Positions 37,741 to 51,020 of a DNA stretch of 64,000 nt are shown in pieces. The stretch is from Eledone cirrhosa (lineage: Eukaryota), in contig OZ024742.1 of the NCBI GenBank assembly GCA_964016885.1, forward strand, positions 41,974,001-42,038,000, in the 5' to 3' direction. The notes under the pieces were generated by a model. The model saw nothing but the letters and a program-made list of their open reading frames with translations. It ran no database searches and had not been told where the DNA came from. The stretch's first letter is position 1, and each line of letters starts with the position of its first letter. The translations under genes were made by a program, and so were the position numbers.

Positions 37741-38306
37741 GAAATATTTACTTCTGTGTTCACAGATTGATTTTTTTTTAGTTTCAGAAGATCCCATTAA
37801 GGGTAAAAGCAGCCGATTCTTTGCTTAAACTTTAATCTGTTATTTTAATAAATATTTGCTCTACGGTTCTTATATATTTGATATATATTTATCCCTCTTT
37901 GGATGTTAGTCTTCAAATGTATTATTATTACTATTTGGTTCCCTTGACTGAGTACTCTATTGACTTATATTCATCATGCAGAAACATCTGAATATTTCTA
38001 CAAAGAACATACCTGTACCAAGCAGGAAGAAATACCTAAAACTACGTCTCCACGAACCAAAGTATCGTCTTCCTGTCTTCCTTCGGTTGCAACGTTTTTC
38101 GAAATATTTACTTCTGCGTTAACAGATTGATTTTTTTTTTTTAGTTTCAGAAGATCCCATTAAGGGTGAAAGCAGCCGATTCTTTGCTTAAACTTTAATC
38201 TGTTATTTTAATAAATATTTGCTCTACGGTTCTTATATAATTGATATATATTTATCCCTATCGAGCCCTCTTTGGATTTTAGTCTTCATATGTATTATTA
38301 TTACTA
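37741..38306. repeat. ~190-bp tandem duplication
   Basis: 37741-37935 matches 38101-38306. Confidence 0.8.
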
Positions 38307-38422
38307 TATATATATATATATGTTATGAAATACTGTTAACTTCTCGCTAAAACAATTTCTATACCTTTCATTTATATATATATATATATATATATGAGTG
38401 TGTGTGTGTATATTAGTTTATA

Positions 38423-40704
38423 GGAAAGAAAGTTCAAGCATGTTCTACAATGCGAGGACCAAAAACGTGAGGTGTTCAGGATTGCTAGGCAATGTGTCAA
38501 GGAAAACCGTGATATTGTCGGGGAGAAGTGTGTACTAAATGATGATGGCGTACTTGCCATCACTGATGCTGATAAGAAGGTAGCTTGGAAGTGTCACTAC
38601 GAAAGGCTACTAAATGAGGAGAATAAATGGGAGAAGGACAGTCTCCCCCACATCGACCCAATAGATGACCAGCAGTGTTAGTTGAAGGTAGTATAATAAG
38701 TAAGGCAATCAAAGGTATGAAGACGGGTAAGGCGGCTGGGCCTTCGGAAATAGTTGCTGAGATGCTGAAAGCCTCTGGAACGGTGAGACACACCATGGTC
38801 ACCCGGATAGTAAACCTAGTCATACAGAATGGGGTTGTTCCGAAGGACTGGCGTAGCAGCATCATCATTAACTGTTACAAGGGTAAAGGAGACGCCCTAG
38901 ATAGGAGTAACTATAGAGGCATTAAATTAATCGACCAGGTCATGAAGGTCACGGAAAAAGTAATGGTGCAAATAATCAGTGAGAGAATTGATCTAGATGA
39001 AATGCAGTTCGGGTTTGTGTCAGGCAAAAGTACCACAGACGCTCTTTTCATTGTACGACAACTACAGGAGAAGTACCTAGCTAAAAGTAAACCCCTATAC
39101 TTAGCTTTTGTCGACTTGGAGAAAGCCTTCGACAGAGTCCCCCGTTCCATTATCTGGTGGGCTCTTAGAAAACTAGGTGTTGATGAATGGCTTGTGAGAG
39201 CTATACAAGCCATGTATAAAGAAACAGTCAGCAAGGTTAGAATTAACAACGAATATAGTGAAGAGTTTAGCGTAAAAGTTGGTGTTCATCAGGGCTCTGT
39301 TCTTAGCCCCCTACTATTTATTATTGCCCTTCAGGCTATAACAATGGAGTTCAAGACTGGCTGCCCATGGGAACTCCTATACGCAGATGATCTAACGCTC
39401 ATAGCTGAATCAATGGCCGAGCTAGAGAAGAAATTCCAAACATGGAAGCACGGCCTAGAATCAAAAGGCCTTAAAATTAACCTGGCTAAGACTAAAGTTC
39501 TAGTTTGTAGGAAAGAAAATAAGGCGCCGGTTTCTTCCGGGAAATGGCCATGCTCAGTGTGTAGGAAAGGCATAGGTAGAAACTCCATTTTATGTCCTAA
39601 ATGCAAAGTATGGGTGCATAAAAGATGTAGTGGGATCACAGGTAAGCTAACTAAGAACATAGATTTTACATGTGGCCGGTGCTCTAGTGCAATAAGTAGC
39701 AGCAAGTGCCCACAAATACTAGCTCTTTCAATTGCGCAGAGGGTTCTATAGAAATAGTGGACAGCTTCCGTTACCTGGGTGACAAAATCAGCAGTGGGGG
39801 AGGGTGCTCTGAAAGTACAGTAGCTAGAGTCAGAACTGGATGGAAAAAGTTCAGAGAGCTTATACCACTATTAGCTGCTAAAGGGTTCTCCCTAAAAATG
39901 AAAGGCAGGCTGTATGATGCCTGCATACGAACAGCAATGTTGCATGGCAGTGAGACCTGGGCATTGTGTGCAGAGGATATACGCAGACTAGAGAGGAACG
40001 AAGCTTGCATGCTCCGCTGGATGTGTAATAGTAATATACGCGAACGGCAAAGCATAAACGAACTAAGGGAAAAAAATTAGAAATAAGAGGGATTAGATGT
40101 TGTTTACTCGAGAGAAGACTACGTTGGTATGGTCACGTGATGCACATGAAAGACGACAGCTGTATAAAAAAGTGCAGGGCAATAAAGATAGACAGTAGCC
40201 ACGGAGTAGGCAGACCCAGAAAAACCTGGGACGACCTGATAAATTCCGACCTCACACACTTACACCTCTCCAAGACAATGTCACTGGACCGAGATCTTTG
40301 GCGGTACTCAGTAATAGAGAAGACCCGCCTTACCTGAATACAAAGTAAAACCTACTACAGTCAGTAGGCATCTCTAACAAAACACACCCCCGTCCACACC
40401 ACCCCTTTCAATGTAAAGTTATGTTGGTGCCACAACATCCAGGCCGAAACAAATGAGATCGTGTAGGTGTCACGACAAAAAAACACACAGTCCACGCTGT
40501 AATGTGGCCGTGTAGGCAACACGGTAAAAACCTCCCAGTCCCACACTGTAAATGTGGTTGGTGTTAGGAAGGGCATCCAGCTGTAGAAAACCCGACAGTC
40601 CTATGCGAGCAAGACAACCACTCTTGCCTCAAGTGGGAAAACTCCCGTCCAAACCCATGCAAGCGTGGAACATGGACGTTAAACGATGATGATGATGATG
40701 ATGA

Positions 40705-40707
<3 letters not shown>
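38423..40707 (+). mobile_element. Young 5'-truncated RTE LINE with a PHD finger in the RT region and a (GAT)n tail
   Basis: 358-aa RT frame (KGKGDALDRSNYRGIKL, QFGF, DLEKAFDRVP, GVHQGSVLSP, YADDL) with ~3 frameshifts. Confidence 0.92.
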
Positions 40708-40742
<35 letters not shown>

Positions 40743-41154
40743 AGAGCATTGGCCTTGCAATCGTCTTCGTTCCAAGGAGTAGAGTTTCAGTTCTTTTAGC
40801 CTCTCCCAGTAGCTCATCTCCTTCATCGTGCAATCCTCTTGGTGTAGCTTCGTTGGATTGTCTCAAGTTCCGTGGTTAGTTTGATACTATGAGGTGACCA
40901 CAGCTGGGAGCAATAGTCCAGGCGGCTTAGGACAAATGGCCTTCATAGTATCAACATGGTCTCCCGGTTTCTTATATAGAAAACCTCAAATAAAAAGTCA
41001 AGATTTATTTCGATTTAACAGAGCAGAAAGAATTTGCGTCAGAATATTCCAACCAATCCAGCCTATATCAGCTGAATAAATATGTATATGGAGATATATA
41101 TATACACACACATATATATACACACACACATACATACACGCATGCATGCATACA

Positions 41155-41760
41155 TGATGCCTGCCCCCTCTTTATCGAGTATGGCCATTGCACGATATAC
41201 CATTATTAATAATTATTAATTAATTCTATCGTGCAATGCCTGTGCATGAAGATATTTTTTTAAATGAGGAAAGACTGTGGACTGAGCAAATCCCACTCTC
41301 TGAGCGACAGTAGCTATAACCCGAAAAGAAAATATCAACATCATCGGTAACTACTGAGCCGCAGGTTTTATATCGGAGTTATCCCAGTTTCCTGAGTTGC
41401 CTTCTCCTAGAAGAATGCCCCGACAAAGGCTAGGGGTCCTTCACTCCCAGTGGTTTAACCGCGCGATCAGGTGTCCAGCCCAATTATTTCTATGTCCCCG
41501 CGCATGTACATACACATGCACCCATGTATATACACATATACATATACACACATATGTACATGTGTATATACATATTTACACACTTGTGGATGGCCGTTGA
41601 CTCTTATGAGATCTTCCGCCCTTTGTCAGGTTTTGTTTTTTGTCCTGCAGGGTGTCCAAAATCATCCTCCTCACCAAGTAAACTTGGTGGGATTGCTGGT
41701 TTAGTCGCCGACGACTCGACCATGCGACAGGTTGTACTGGGTTACATGTTACCAATAGCA
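41155..41760 (-). mobile_element. Bipartite RTE derivative (copy of 17075-17694)
   Basis: High similarity along its length, including the internal microsatellite. Confidence 0.75.
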
Positions 41761-44116
41761 GCCAAATACTTGCACCCTCTGGCACACACATGGCAACTTT
41801 AAGCTCCCCCGAAACCTTCCATTGCTTTGTTCTGGCTGTATGTTCACATGTATCTTTTAAGACCTCCCATGCTTGTACATTTCCTACACCTTTTCAGATC
41901 ATAATCTACATGAGGTCTACTGATATGACTTTGTTCATGTCTAATCAAACCAGCTTTGCTCAGGCTGACTCGACCACAGTGCTGGCAAACCAGATGATGT
42001 TCAACAGCAGGCAGTTCAGAATAATCTCAATCCTCACCTTTCTTTTCAGTGTTAGGTGTTCTCTCCGACGAGTTTCAAAGTGTTCACCACCTGACTTGAT
42101 AAACGTCTCCACTTCATACGCTCGTCAGCCATTTTCTCCCATTCGTCAGCACAAGCCAAGGTGCCCCTGATACAGTCCCGGTACCGCCTTTTTGGTTTAT
42201 GTGGTGGTCGACTTCCTTCACACAGTTCTCCATAGAGAAGTTGCTTTGGAATACGATCATCAGACATCCGGACCACGTGACTGCACCACCTCAACCGATA
42301 CCGAAAGATTATGCTCTCCATAGTCACGCACCTGCTCCGTTCTAGAACTTACAAATCACTGGCGAACATTTTCCACCACACCCCAAATAACTTATGAAGA
42401 GATTGTTGGTGAAATCTCTCCAGATCCTTGAGGTGCTTTCTGTATGTGACCCACGTTTCACAAACATAAAGTAAAGAGGAGACGACACAGGTCAGATACA
42501 CTTTCACCTTGGTTTCGATAGTGATACCTCGTCTGGACCATAAACGTTGATGCATCCGTCCAAAAGCATCACTGGCTTTCTTGATTCTTAAGGATATTTC
42601 ATTATCATGTGTGCATGAAGTGTTCAACGTACTACCAAGGTAAACAAACTTGTCAGCAACTTTTAGCCTCTTTCCTTACACGTACACACTTGGTGCAATG
42701 TACTCGTTTCCAGGTACTGGCTGATACATCACAACAGTCTTTTCCAAGCTTATTGTGACGCCCAAAGTGCTGCAAGCTGCAGAAAAAGAGTTCATAATAT
42801 GCTGCATGTCACTTTGAGAGTGAGCAAAAAGATCGCAGTCGTCTGCATACAAAAACTCTCGGATTATAGATGTTAATACCTTTGTGCTTATACCAAAGCG
42901 CCTGGTGTTGAACAACCTTCCTGAAGTGCGATACCTGATGTAAACCCCATGAGAACAATATTTGAATGCCATGAGAAACACTATCATAAAATATAAGGAA
43001 AACAGAGTTGGAGCCGGAATGTCCCCTTGCTTCATTCCATTTTCAACTGATATTGGTTCAGAGATGCTACCACCAATACTGACCAAAGCCTTCATGTCAT
43101 CATGGAAAAGATGCAGAATCTTCTACCCTACCTTGGATTTTTTTCCCACAATGCAGTTTGATTGACAGTGTCAAAGGCCTTTGTCAAGTCAACAAAGACC
43201 TGATTGTTCGATACACTTTTCTTGCAGCTGCCAAGCAGAAACGATCATATCCACTGTTCCTCTTTCGTTTCTGAACCCACACTGCGACTCAGGCAACACA
43301 TTCAGAGCAACTCTTGGGATCAATCTATCCATCAATATTCGACACGACTTTACCAACTACTGAAAGAAGGGATATGACATGATAATTGCCACATTTGTCC
43401 TTGCCGTCCTTTCCTTTATGGAGAATCACCATGAGCGCATCCTTCTTGTGGGACATTCTCATCTTCCCACACCATTTTCATGAGGTCAGTCAGGCGCTGC
43501 ATGAAGTTTTCAAAACCGTTCCACTCAGACCATCCATACCAGGAGACTTACCACAGTTCAGCTTATACACAACAGAAGTCCCCTCTGCAAGAGAAGATAC
43601 ATTAGCCATCTCATATGCTTCACTGGTTCAATAGGAATGGAACAAATAAAATCATCATCAACCTGGGATGGCTGGTTTAAGAGCTCATCAAAGTGATCTC
43701 GCTATCTGTCGAGTGTCTTTTGGGTCGCGCAGTAATTGCTTGCCATCTTTCGATCTCAAAGGGGCCACTGGAGAGCTGAAAGGGCCATACACCTCTGTGA
43801 GTAGAAAGTGTGGCAGTTTCACATTGTTGCCGTCAGATGCCACTTGAACTTCATCTGCTTTGTTGCTCCACCAAGTATTTTGCATAGCCCTGAGTTTCAC
43901 CTGCACTTCCCTCTTTACCTGTCTGTAACGCTCATACTTGTCACCAACAGAGCTACCACCTTTAAGAACTGCATCAAGTGCCTTTTGTTTTCTGTCTAGC
44001 AGAGCCTTGACCTCCTGGTCATTCTCATCAAACCAGTCCTTGTTTTCTTGTGACAAAGCCAAGGACCTTCTCTAAAGCCTCATAGACCGAGCTCCTGAAG
44101 TCCTTCCAGTTGTTCT
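41761..44116 (-). mobile_element. Degenerate RTE LINE (same family as 56507-60054)
   Basis: DWFDEND, GMKQGDIPAPTLF, YADDCDL and RIPKQLLYGEL fragments. Confidence 0.88.
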
Positions 44117-44849
44117 CATACATGCATACATACTTACATATATTCATGTATACATACATGCATACATCCATACATACATACATCCATCCATCCATCCATA
44201 CATACATGTATACACACATACATACATCCATACGTGTATACATACATACATACAATGGTTAAAATGTTTGACTGACGACCATAAGTTCATGGGTTCATAT
44301 TTGGGACCGGGTAGTTATTGAATCAACCTGATATCAATGTTTATTATACAGCACACTTCCTCTTTGGTATAATATGACACATAGCAATATCTAACATAGT
44401 ACCCATCTAATCTGTTATAATATGATTTACCTTTCCTCTGTGAAGGCACATGCCTTAGGGGTTACGGTACTAGACTAACCATTATAAAGTCATGGGCTCG
44501 TTTCTTCGATCCTGAAGCATGTTGCGTCCTTCAGTAAAATACTTTAGTTCGTGTAGCATCTTCTACCAGGACTTGCGGCAGACAGATAATATCAGTAATG
44601 GAAAAACCTTGTTTCATTAGTATGACCTGGAAATCAGTTCCACTCTATTTATCTTCTTTATTAAAGGCAATCAAATTATTTTTTATTTTATTCTTTTTCT
44701 TATTTTTCCATGTTTGTTAAATAAATTACAAAAAATCGAACTAAATTGAAATTTTGTAATAAAATTTCCATGAAAGTTAATGTTTACAATACAATAAAAT
44801 GTAATAAAATGTATTGAAGTCGACGAAATGTGGACCTTCATTTTTGAAA

Positions 44850-45113
44850 GATGGATAAGGCTATAAGCAGATCTTATAATATTGTACCACAATTTTCCTT
44901 GGTGCAAAAGTGGACAGCCGAATTTAGGAAAGGATAGGGGATTCTTGAAGATGACCCAATGTCTGGACGTCCTACAACTGCCACTACCGAGGAAAACATT
45001 GATCTCAGTACTGCAACACGATGGAAGAAGTGTGTGGAACGCAAGGGAGACTATGTTGAAAAATAAACCTCATTTGGTCACATTCCATGAGAGTATCTTT
45101 GTCAACCCTCGTA
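44850..45113 (+). mobile_element. Mariner internal-deletion remnant
   Basis: Remnant of W.AEF...EDDP.SGRP and a terminal ...accctcgTA. Confidence 0.55.
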
Positions 45114-45148
45114 TCTATGCGCCATATACGTAAAGATACAGAATTGCG

Positions 45149-45565
45149 GGCACTACAACGTTATTAGCTGTTACATTTGTTGGTGAAAAAAATTTGATTA
45201 TAAAACTTAAATTTATGAATGACTTGTTTTCTACATTGATAACCATGACTTGTTTTCTAATTAACTTAAATTTGTTTTCTAATTTGGCCCTTTTAAGGGC
45301 CACCTATATTTTCATTTAAGTAACTCCACTTACATCGATATGCTTTATAACCATGACTTGTTTTCTATATGTTTTCTAATTTGGCCCTTTTAAGTCTTTC
45401 CCCTCTCTCTCTGTTCCCTATCTTTCCTCTTCCCTCTCTCTCTAAAAAAAAACGCGTGAAAACTCCACTTACGCGTGGTAGTAACACGGAAATAAACGAT
45501 GTTGACGAGTGACGTCAACTTCGCCTGTTTTCCACTGGACTGACAGCTAATAGCGTTGTAGTGCC
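45149..45565. mobile_element. MITE with TIRs GGCACTACAACG(C/T)TATTAGCTG / CAGCTAATAGCGTTGTAGTGCC
   Basis: Both termini present; no clear TSD; superfamily undetermined. Confidence 0.75.
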
Positions 45566-45670
45566 AAAGATGCAACAAAATGAAAGGGAAAAAAATTCTC
45601 CCTTTCATCTAACTCATTCATGCTCATCTCACAATATATCCTTACTTAAATTACCTGTTATTCTTTTTAA

Positions 45671-45838
45671 TAATACATATCAACATTTTCTTTCCATCAC
45701 ACATATTATTAAACCCTTATTATCATTCTTAATACATATTAACTTTTTCTTTTCCATCGCACATGTTATTAAACCCTTAAATATTATTCTTAATACATAT
45801 TAACATTTTCGTTTCATCGCACATATTATTAAACCCCT
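45671..45838. repeat. ~60-bp minisatellite x3
   Basis: Repeated taatacatat.aac.tttt..tt.catc.cacat.ttattaaacc. Confidence 0.8.
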
Positions 45839-46398
45839 CAATATACAAACCTTAACTTTACATTATTTTTCTCTTCGTTAATTTTCAAATTCTTTTAATT
45901 TATACATTATCTTCCAACGGTTTTCAACCTCTCTATGTAAAACAATATATCTTTCTCAGTTATAAAAGCTATCTCTCTCTCTCTCTATCACCCATCTCTC
46001 CTCCTATCTCATCCTTCCTCATTATACTCCTCCCTCTCCACTTTTTACTCTCATCTCCTCCTCTTTTTCATCCTTTCCACCCCCACCCCCCTCAAAATAA
46101 AAAAAAATTTTTCCCAATATCACACATCTAAAACTACTTTTCATATGTTGATTTAAAACTGCACTATCCACAAGTGTTTTTTAACCTTCATATCATGTCT
46201 TCCTGTTTTATCTGATGAAAACGCAAATATTATTGCATGATGATATTTGTTTTTGAAATGCTCATAATAAAATACATGGAACTCTTTTAACCATCTTTTG
46301 TTCTTATATATTATATATACTCCAGTCCTACAAACTGTAGAGCGCTTCTTATCCGATATCTGCATTGCTTTATTGTACTACAATAAAACTCACCTCCT

Positions 46399-46430
<32 letters not shown>

Positions 46431-46647
46431 CAACAGACTTTTGCACATTTTCTGTCTTCCAAATTCCAGTCACAATGCCGTAGACACAAACAGAAATCCC
46501 CAAAGAATACAAAACAAACGCAAGTGTCATTAAATTTTCTAAAGAAACAATACTTGTTTCTACTTTAGGCACAAGGCCAGCAATTACCCAGTGCATTACT
46601 GGTACTTTATTTTACAGAAACAATACTGCTTTAAAGAAATATATATT

Positions 46648-47151
46648 GGCACTACAACGCTATTAGCTGTCAGTCGAAAGCAGCCGATGAAAGCAAAACA
46701 TCGTTTATTTCCGTATTACTACCACGCGTAAGTGGAGTTACTTGGTGGTAGTAATACGGAAATAAACGATGACGAATGACGTCACCTTCGCCTGCTTTCA
46801 TCGGCTGCTTTCACGACTGACAGCTATTTATCACGTGAACACTATCACATTATTCTTTTAAAAGGAAAAGTTTGGCGCCATTTTTCCCCAGGGAATAGCG
46901 CAAATGTCAACAAACGCAGAAGAAAATAAGAAACAGTAAAAGCAAAAGATAAGTAAATAGTAAGTAATATCAAATAATTATTAAAAACGTTACAGGAGTG
47001 GCATTACGCGAATAATTAAGTTTCATACATATATATATGTGTGTATGTATATATATGTATTTTATCTGATGAAAGCGGTGGCCCTTAAAATATATATAAA
47101 ATAAATATGGTTTTATAAATATAGTTTCCATTTATTAATATATTGTATATA

Positions 47152-47187
<36 letters not shown>

Positions 47188-50100
47188 TGTATGTATGTAT
47201 GTATGTATGTATATGTATGTAAAAAAAAAATTATCAGCAATTGTATTGTAGCACAAACAATGTTTGTTAACTTATATGGTTGAAGTTACAGATAAAAAGA
47301 GGTTACAAAAGGGAATGTGCCATCGCGCCGTTAAGCCGGCGAGGCTAGGGTGCAAAATCTCACCGTTACATTATGCGTGTTGCTGGCTTGAAGTTTCCGG
47401 TACAAGAGAGAGATTCTTCAAATCTTCGCGGGGAATTTCTTTCCCAGGGCGCATAGGGATACATCCTCTTCTACTGGCGCTGATTGGCTGAACTGAGCCA
47501 AATCACGCACAGAGAATGTATGTGAGCCCGCGGAATGTAGGTCACTACAATACCCCCTTTCTAGACGGCAGTCGATACAGATTATTAAATAAGCAAGAAC
47601 AAATGCTGAAAGAGCACACCAGTGACAAAACAATTGAGCAGAAGGCTACATGCAAGAAAAAAATGAGGCGCTACGGGCCGTGTTGAGCCGCTGTGTCAAA
47701 TGACCAGTTGTTTTGTTGTTTATAGGTGACCGCCAAAGGTCTAACAAAAAACGGATAAAGTCTGACATGGGCGAAGTTGCTGTTCTTGCATTAAATGTCA
47801 ATGGCAAGTGCTGCACCTGTAGCTGTGGACGAAGCTATTATGGCAGTGCTGGCAAGAAGATGATGGGTAGGCGAGAAAATGTTGGCCTCCCAGATATATT
47901 GGCGAAAGTGCTGTGGAGCCAGGAAAAAATGGCTGGTTGCTTTGTAAAGAAAAAAAAAAGCAATTTTAATCTGTAGGTGGGTTGCAGTGTAAATTCCATA
48001 ATTCGGGCGAATCCACAGAAGTGGCCAAAATGCTGACAAGTCCAGTTCAATTTGTTGCTTTCCCAGCGAGTCGGGCAAAAACAACAAGACGGATGGCCGT
48101 CATGGACGATCAGTGTGCAACAAGATGCGAAGCTGTTTGAGTTCAACTGCAATTAGTATTCTCGTATTGCGGTGCCTGTTTGAATCCAGTGGATTAAGCT
48201 CTGTGAGCTGCTAGCATGTGACAGCACCTCGACCAGGTGAAAAGGGACTCGCAGAATATTACGTTTGAAGAACATATACCAAGAACAACATGTTGGTGTG
48301 TGATAAAAAAAAATGTGTGCACATGCAGGCATGTAAAACAGCAAAGAATGTGAATGAACAAAAACCATGAGCAAGCAAATAGCAAAAGAGCACAAAACAA
48401 GTAAATGCATTCTACAAAGCAATATGTGAATGTAACAAACTGATAATACAACGTCAATCTAAGGGAGCAGAGAAATTGCTCAATAAGTTCAAAGTTTTTC
48501 AAAGTCAAATAGTTCACACATCACCAGTGTACAGACACTAGTTCTATCTGAAAACTGAAAAAGAAGTTTGTTAATGCCGTTAGGGGTTAGATGTATGGTG
48601 TTTTTGTGAGTTTTCGTGGCCATTTTACCGTCCTGCCACAAGGTTGTGTTGTTTATTGTTAAAACAAAGTCAAAGAATCTTCAGTAAAGTAGCAGTCACC
48701 AAACATGGCAGCCACGTCTGACGCCATAATGGTGAGAAAACTACTGTCTCAATTTCTCGAGTCCCTGTGGTAACGAGATAGAAGGTATAGTGGTTGCGTC
48801 GGTAAAGTTACAAGCCGTTTTGAAATTTCCGCTTGATGCCCAAGATCACGCTTCCTACGTGTCCCGTTTGCGCTCCTATTTCCAGGATTTGCCGCCAATG
48901 GACACTAGGAAACAAACTGTCAAGACTGCTGTCCCGAGGGATATTGCCTCATGGACGCATGTCTTTGTAAGGAAAGATTCTGTGAAGCCCCCGCTCACAC
49001 AGCCTTACACTGGACCTTACCGTGTCTTAGCGCGCTCGGCTAAGCATTTCACGTTAGATATTAAGGGGTCCAGGGAGACAGTTACAATAGACAGGCTTAA
49101 GCAGACGCACCTTGACACGGACGCTGTGGTTCCTGATACACGAACCCCTTCGTATTTGCCTGTTGAGCGAACGCCTGTTCCTGAACCACCATCATCGCCT
49201 GTCCCTACACCACCACCATCGCCACGTTACAAGACCACGACCCATTCAGGTCGTAGGGTCCACTGGCCCAAAAAATTTTGCAGCACCGTCTATATTTAGA
49301 CTATGTTAGCTGCACCTTTTTTTTGCCTCTGTGTTTCTGCTTTTTCTTTGCCTTGTTTTTTTATGCATGCATGTCGTTTTTTTTTTAACATTTTTCAAAT
49401 CCTTATTCTGGATTCAATTTTTGGTAGAGCGAATAGCTCCCCCTTGTTGCATTGTTCGCCATCTTACTCCACATGTGAGTAATGACATCGATTTTCGATA
49501 ATTTGAAAATCTGGCAGGGGATACTGTAGTAAGACGCCTCACGCCTCTTGATAGAACAACGCTGGTTGAGAACGCGAGAAAGAAAAAACAGACAGCCACT
49601 GAAAAGCCGACTGATCACACGCCAGAAACCAGCCTCTGTACCACACCATTGTTTGTGCTACATCAAAAATAAACATATATTTCATCTCTAATTTCTGCTG
49701 TTGAAATCATTATTATGTCACTCGTATCTCAATAACATCTATAACTAATACTGCTAAAGTATTAAACTAAGATTTTATTGTTTTATATTTTGTATCTCGG
49801 CTCTGTAATACATTTGAAAATTTACATTGTAAGTACCAGTAATACACTGGGTAATTGCTGGCCTTGTGCAAAAGTAGAAACAATTATTATAATAAAACTC
49901 CGGATAAACATAAACTGTTGAGTGTTTGTCATCTCTTATGAAAGTGTGGCAGATTTTCAATCAACCAACTTTCCTTAGTTGAATAAATATATGTATGTAT
50001 ATATATACGTATATTTTCTTTAATATTGCAACATTAAAGGAATATATCCTTCTGAAAGAATCGCGAGCAATTTATAATGTTATTTAAGCATTGGTAATGT

Positions 50101-50390
50101 TATTTATGTATATATTTAAAACATATTTGCTATGTTATTCTACTGTAAATTTATTTATATGCTTTGTATATATTATATATATTATATATATTATATCCCG
50201 CCGAGGTTGACTTTGCCTTTCATCCTTACGGGGTCGATAAAATAAAGTACTAGTAATGCACTGGGTAATTGCTGGCCTTGTGCCTAAAGTAGAAACAATT
50301 ATATATACACAAATAATGAATCTGTATATTAAAACATCGTTTGTATTATTCAATCAGTTTATTGAACAACTAGAATGCTCCTCGTCAAGT

Positions 50391-50462
<72 letters not shown>

Positions 50463-51020
50463 AAGCTATATATATGTATGTATATCTATATATGTGTGTA
50501 TGTATATATGTGTGTATGTATATATATGTGTATGCATATGTGTGTGTATGCATATGTGTGTGTGTATGCATATGTGTGTGTGTATCATCATTTCATCATC
50601 ATTTCATTTTACGTCCGCTTTTTCCCTGCTTGCAAGGGTGGGACGGGAACTGATTCTGGCTTGATTTCTACAGCTGGATGCCCTTCCTAACACCAACCTC
50701 ATATACAGTGAGTGCTGGGTGCTTTTTTGCCGTGGAACCTCCACGACCACTTTGCAGTGGAATGATATGGACCCCAGTCCCTATCATCTCATTTCTACAG
50801 CTGAGTAAACTGGAGCAATGTGAAATAAAGTGTCTTGCTCAAGGAAACAACACATCACCCGGTCTGAGAATTGAACTCACAACCTTTCGATTGCAAGGCC
50901 AATGCTCTAACCACTAAGCCATGTGCCTCCGTATGTATATATATATGTGTGTGTGTATGCATATATGTGTGTGTGTATGTATATATATGTGTGTATGTAT
51001 ATATATGTATATATATATAT
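46648..51020 (+). mobile_element. Copy 2 of the GGCAC-TIR block, interrupted by later insertions
   Basis: Starts at the same TIR base as 33076; lacks the segment 33705-34175. Confidence 0.65.
47247..49662 (+). mobile_element. TGT...ACA TIR element (Ginger-like, non-autonomous) carrying a Gypsy-type integrase C-terminal fragment (48790-49299)
   Basis: Perfect 16-bp TIR TGTAGCACAAACAATG; GPY/F module (PPLTQPYTGPYRVL...TVTIDRLK); absent from the paralogous site near 33636. Confidence 0.65.

Noticed and set aside
38080-38185. Hammerhead-like CAGAAGA-TCCC/GGG-TGAAA with TCGGTTGC/GCAGCCGA pairing
   Set aside because: Core U and the NUH site are absent; at most a dead remnant.
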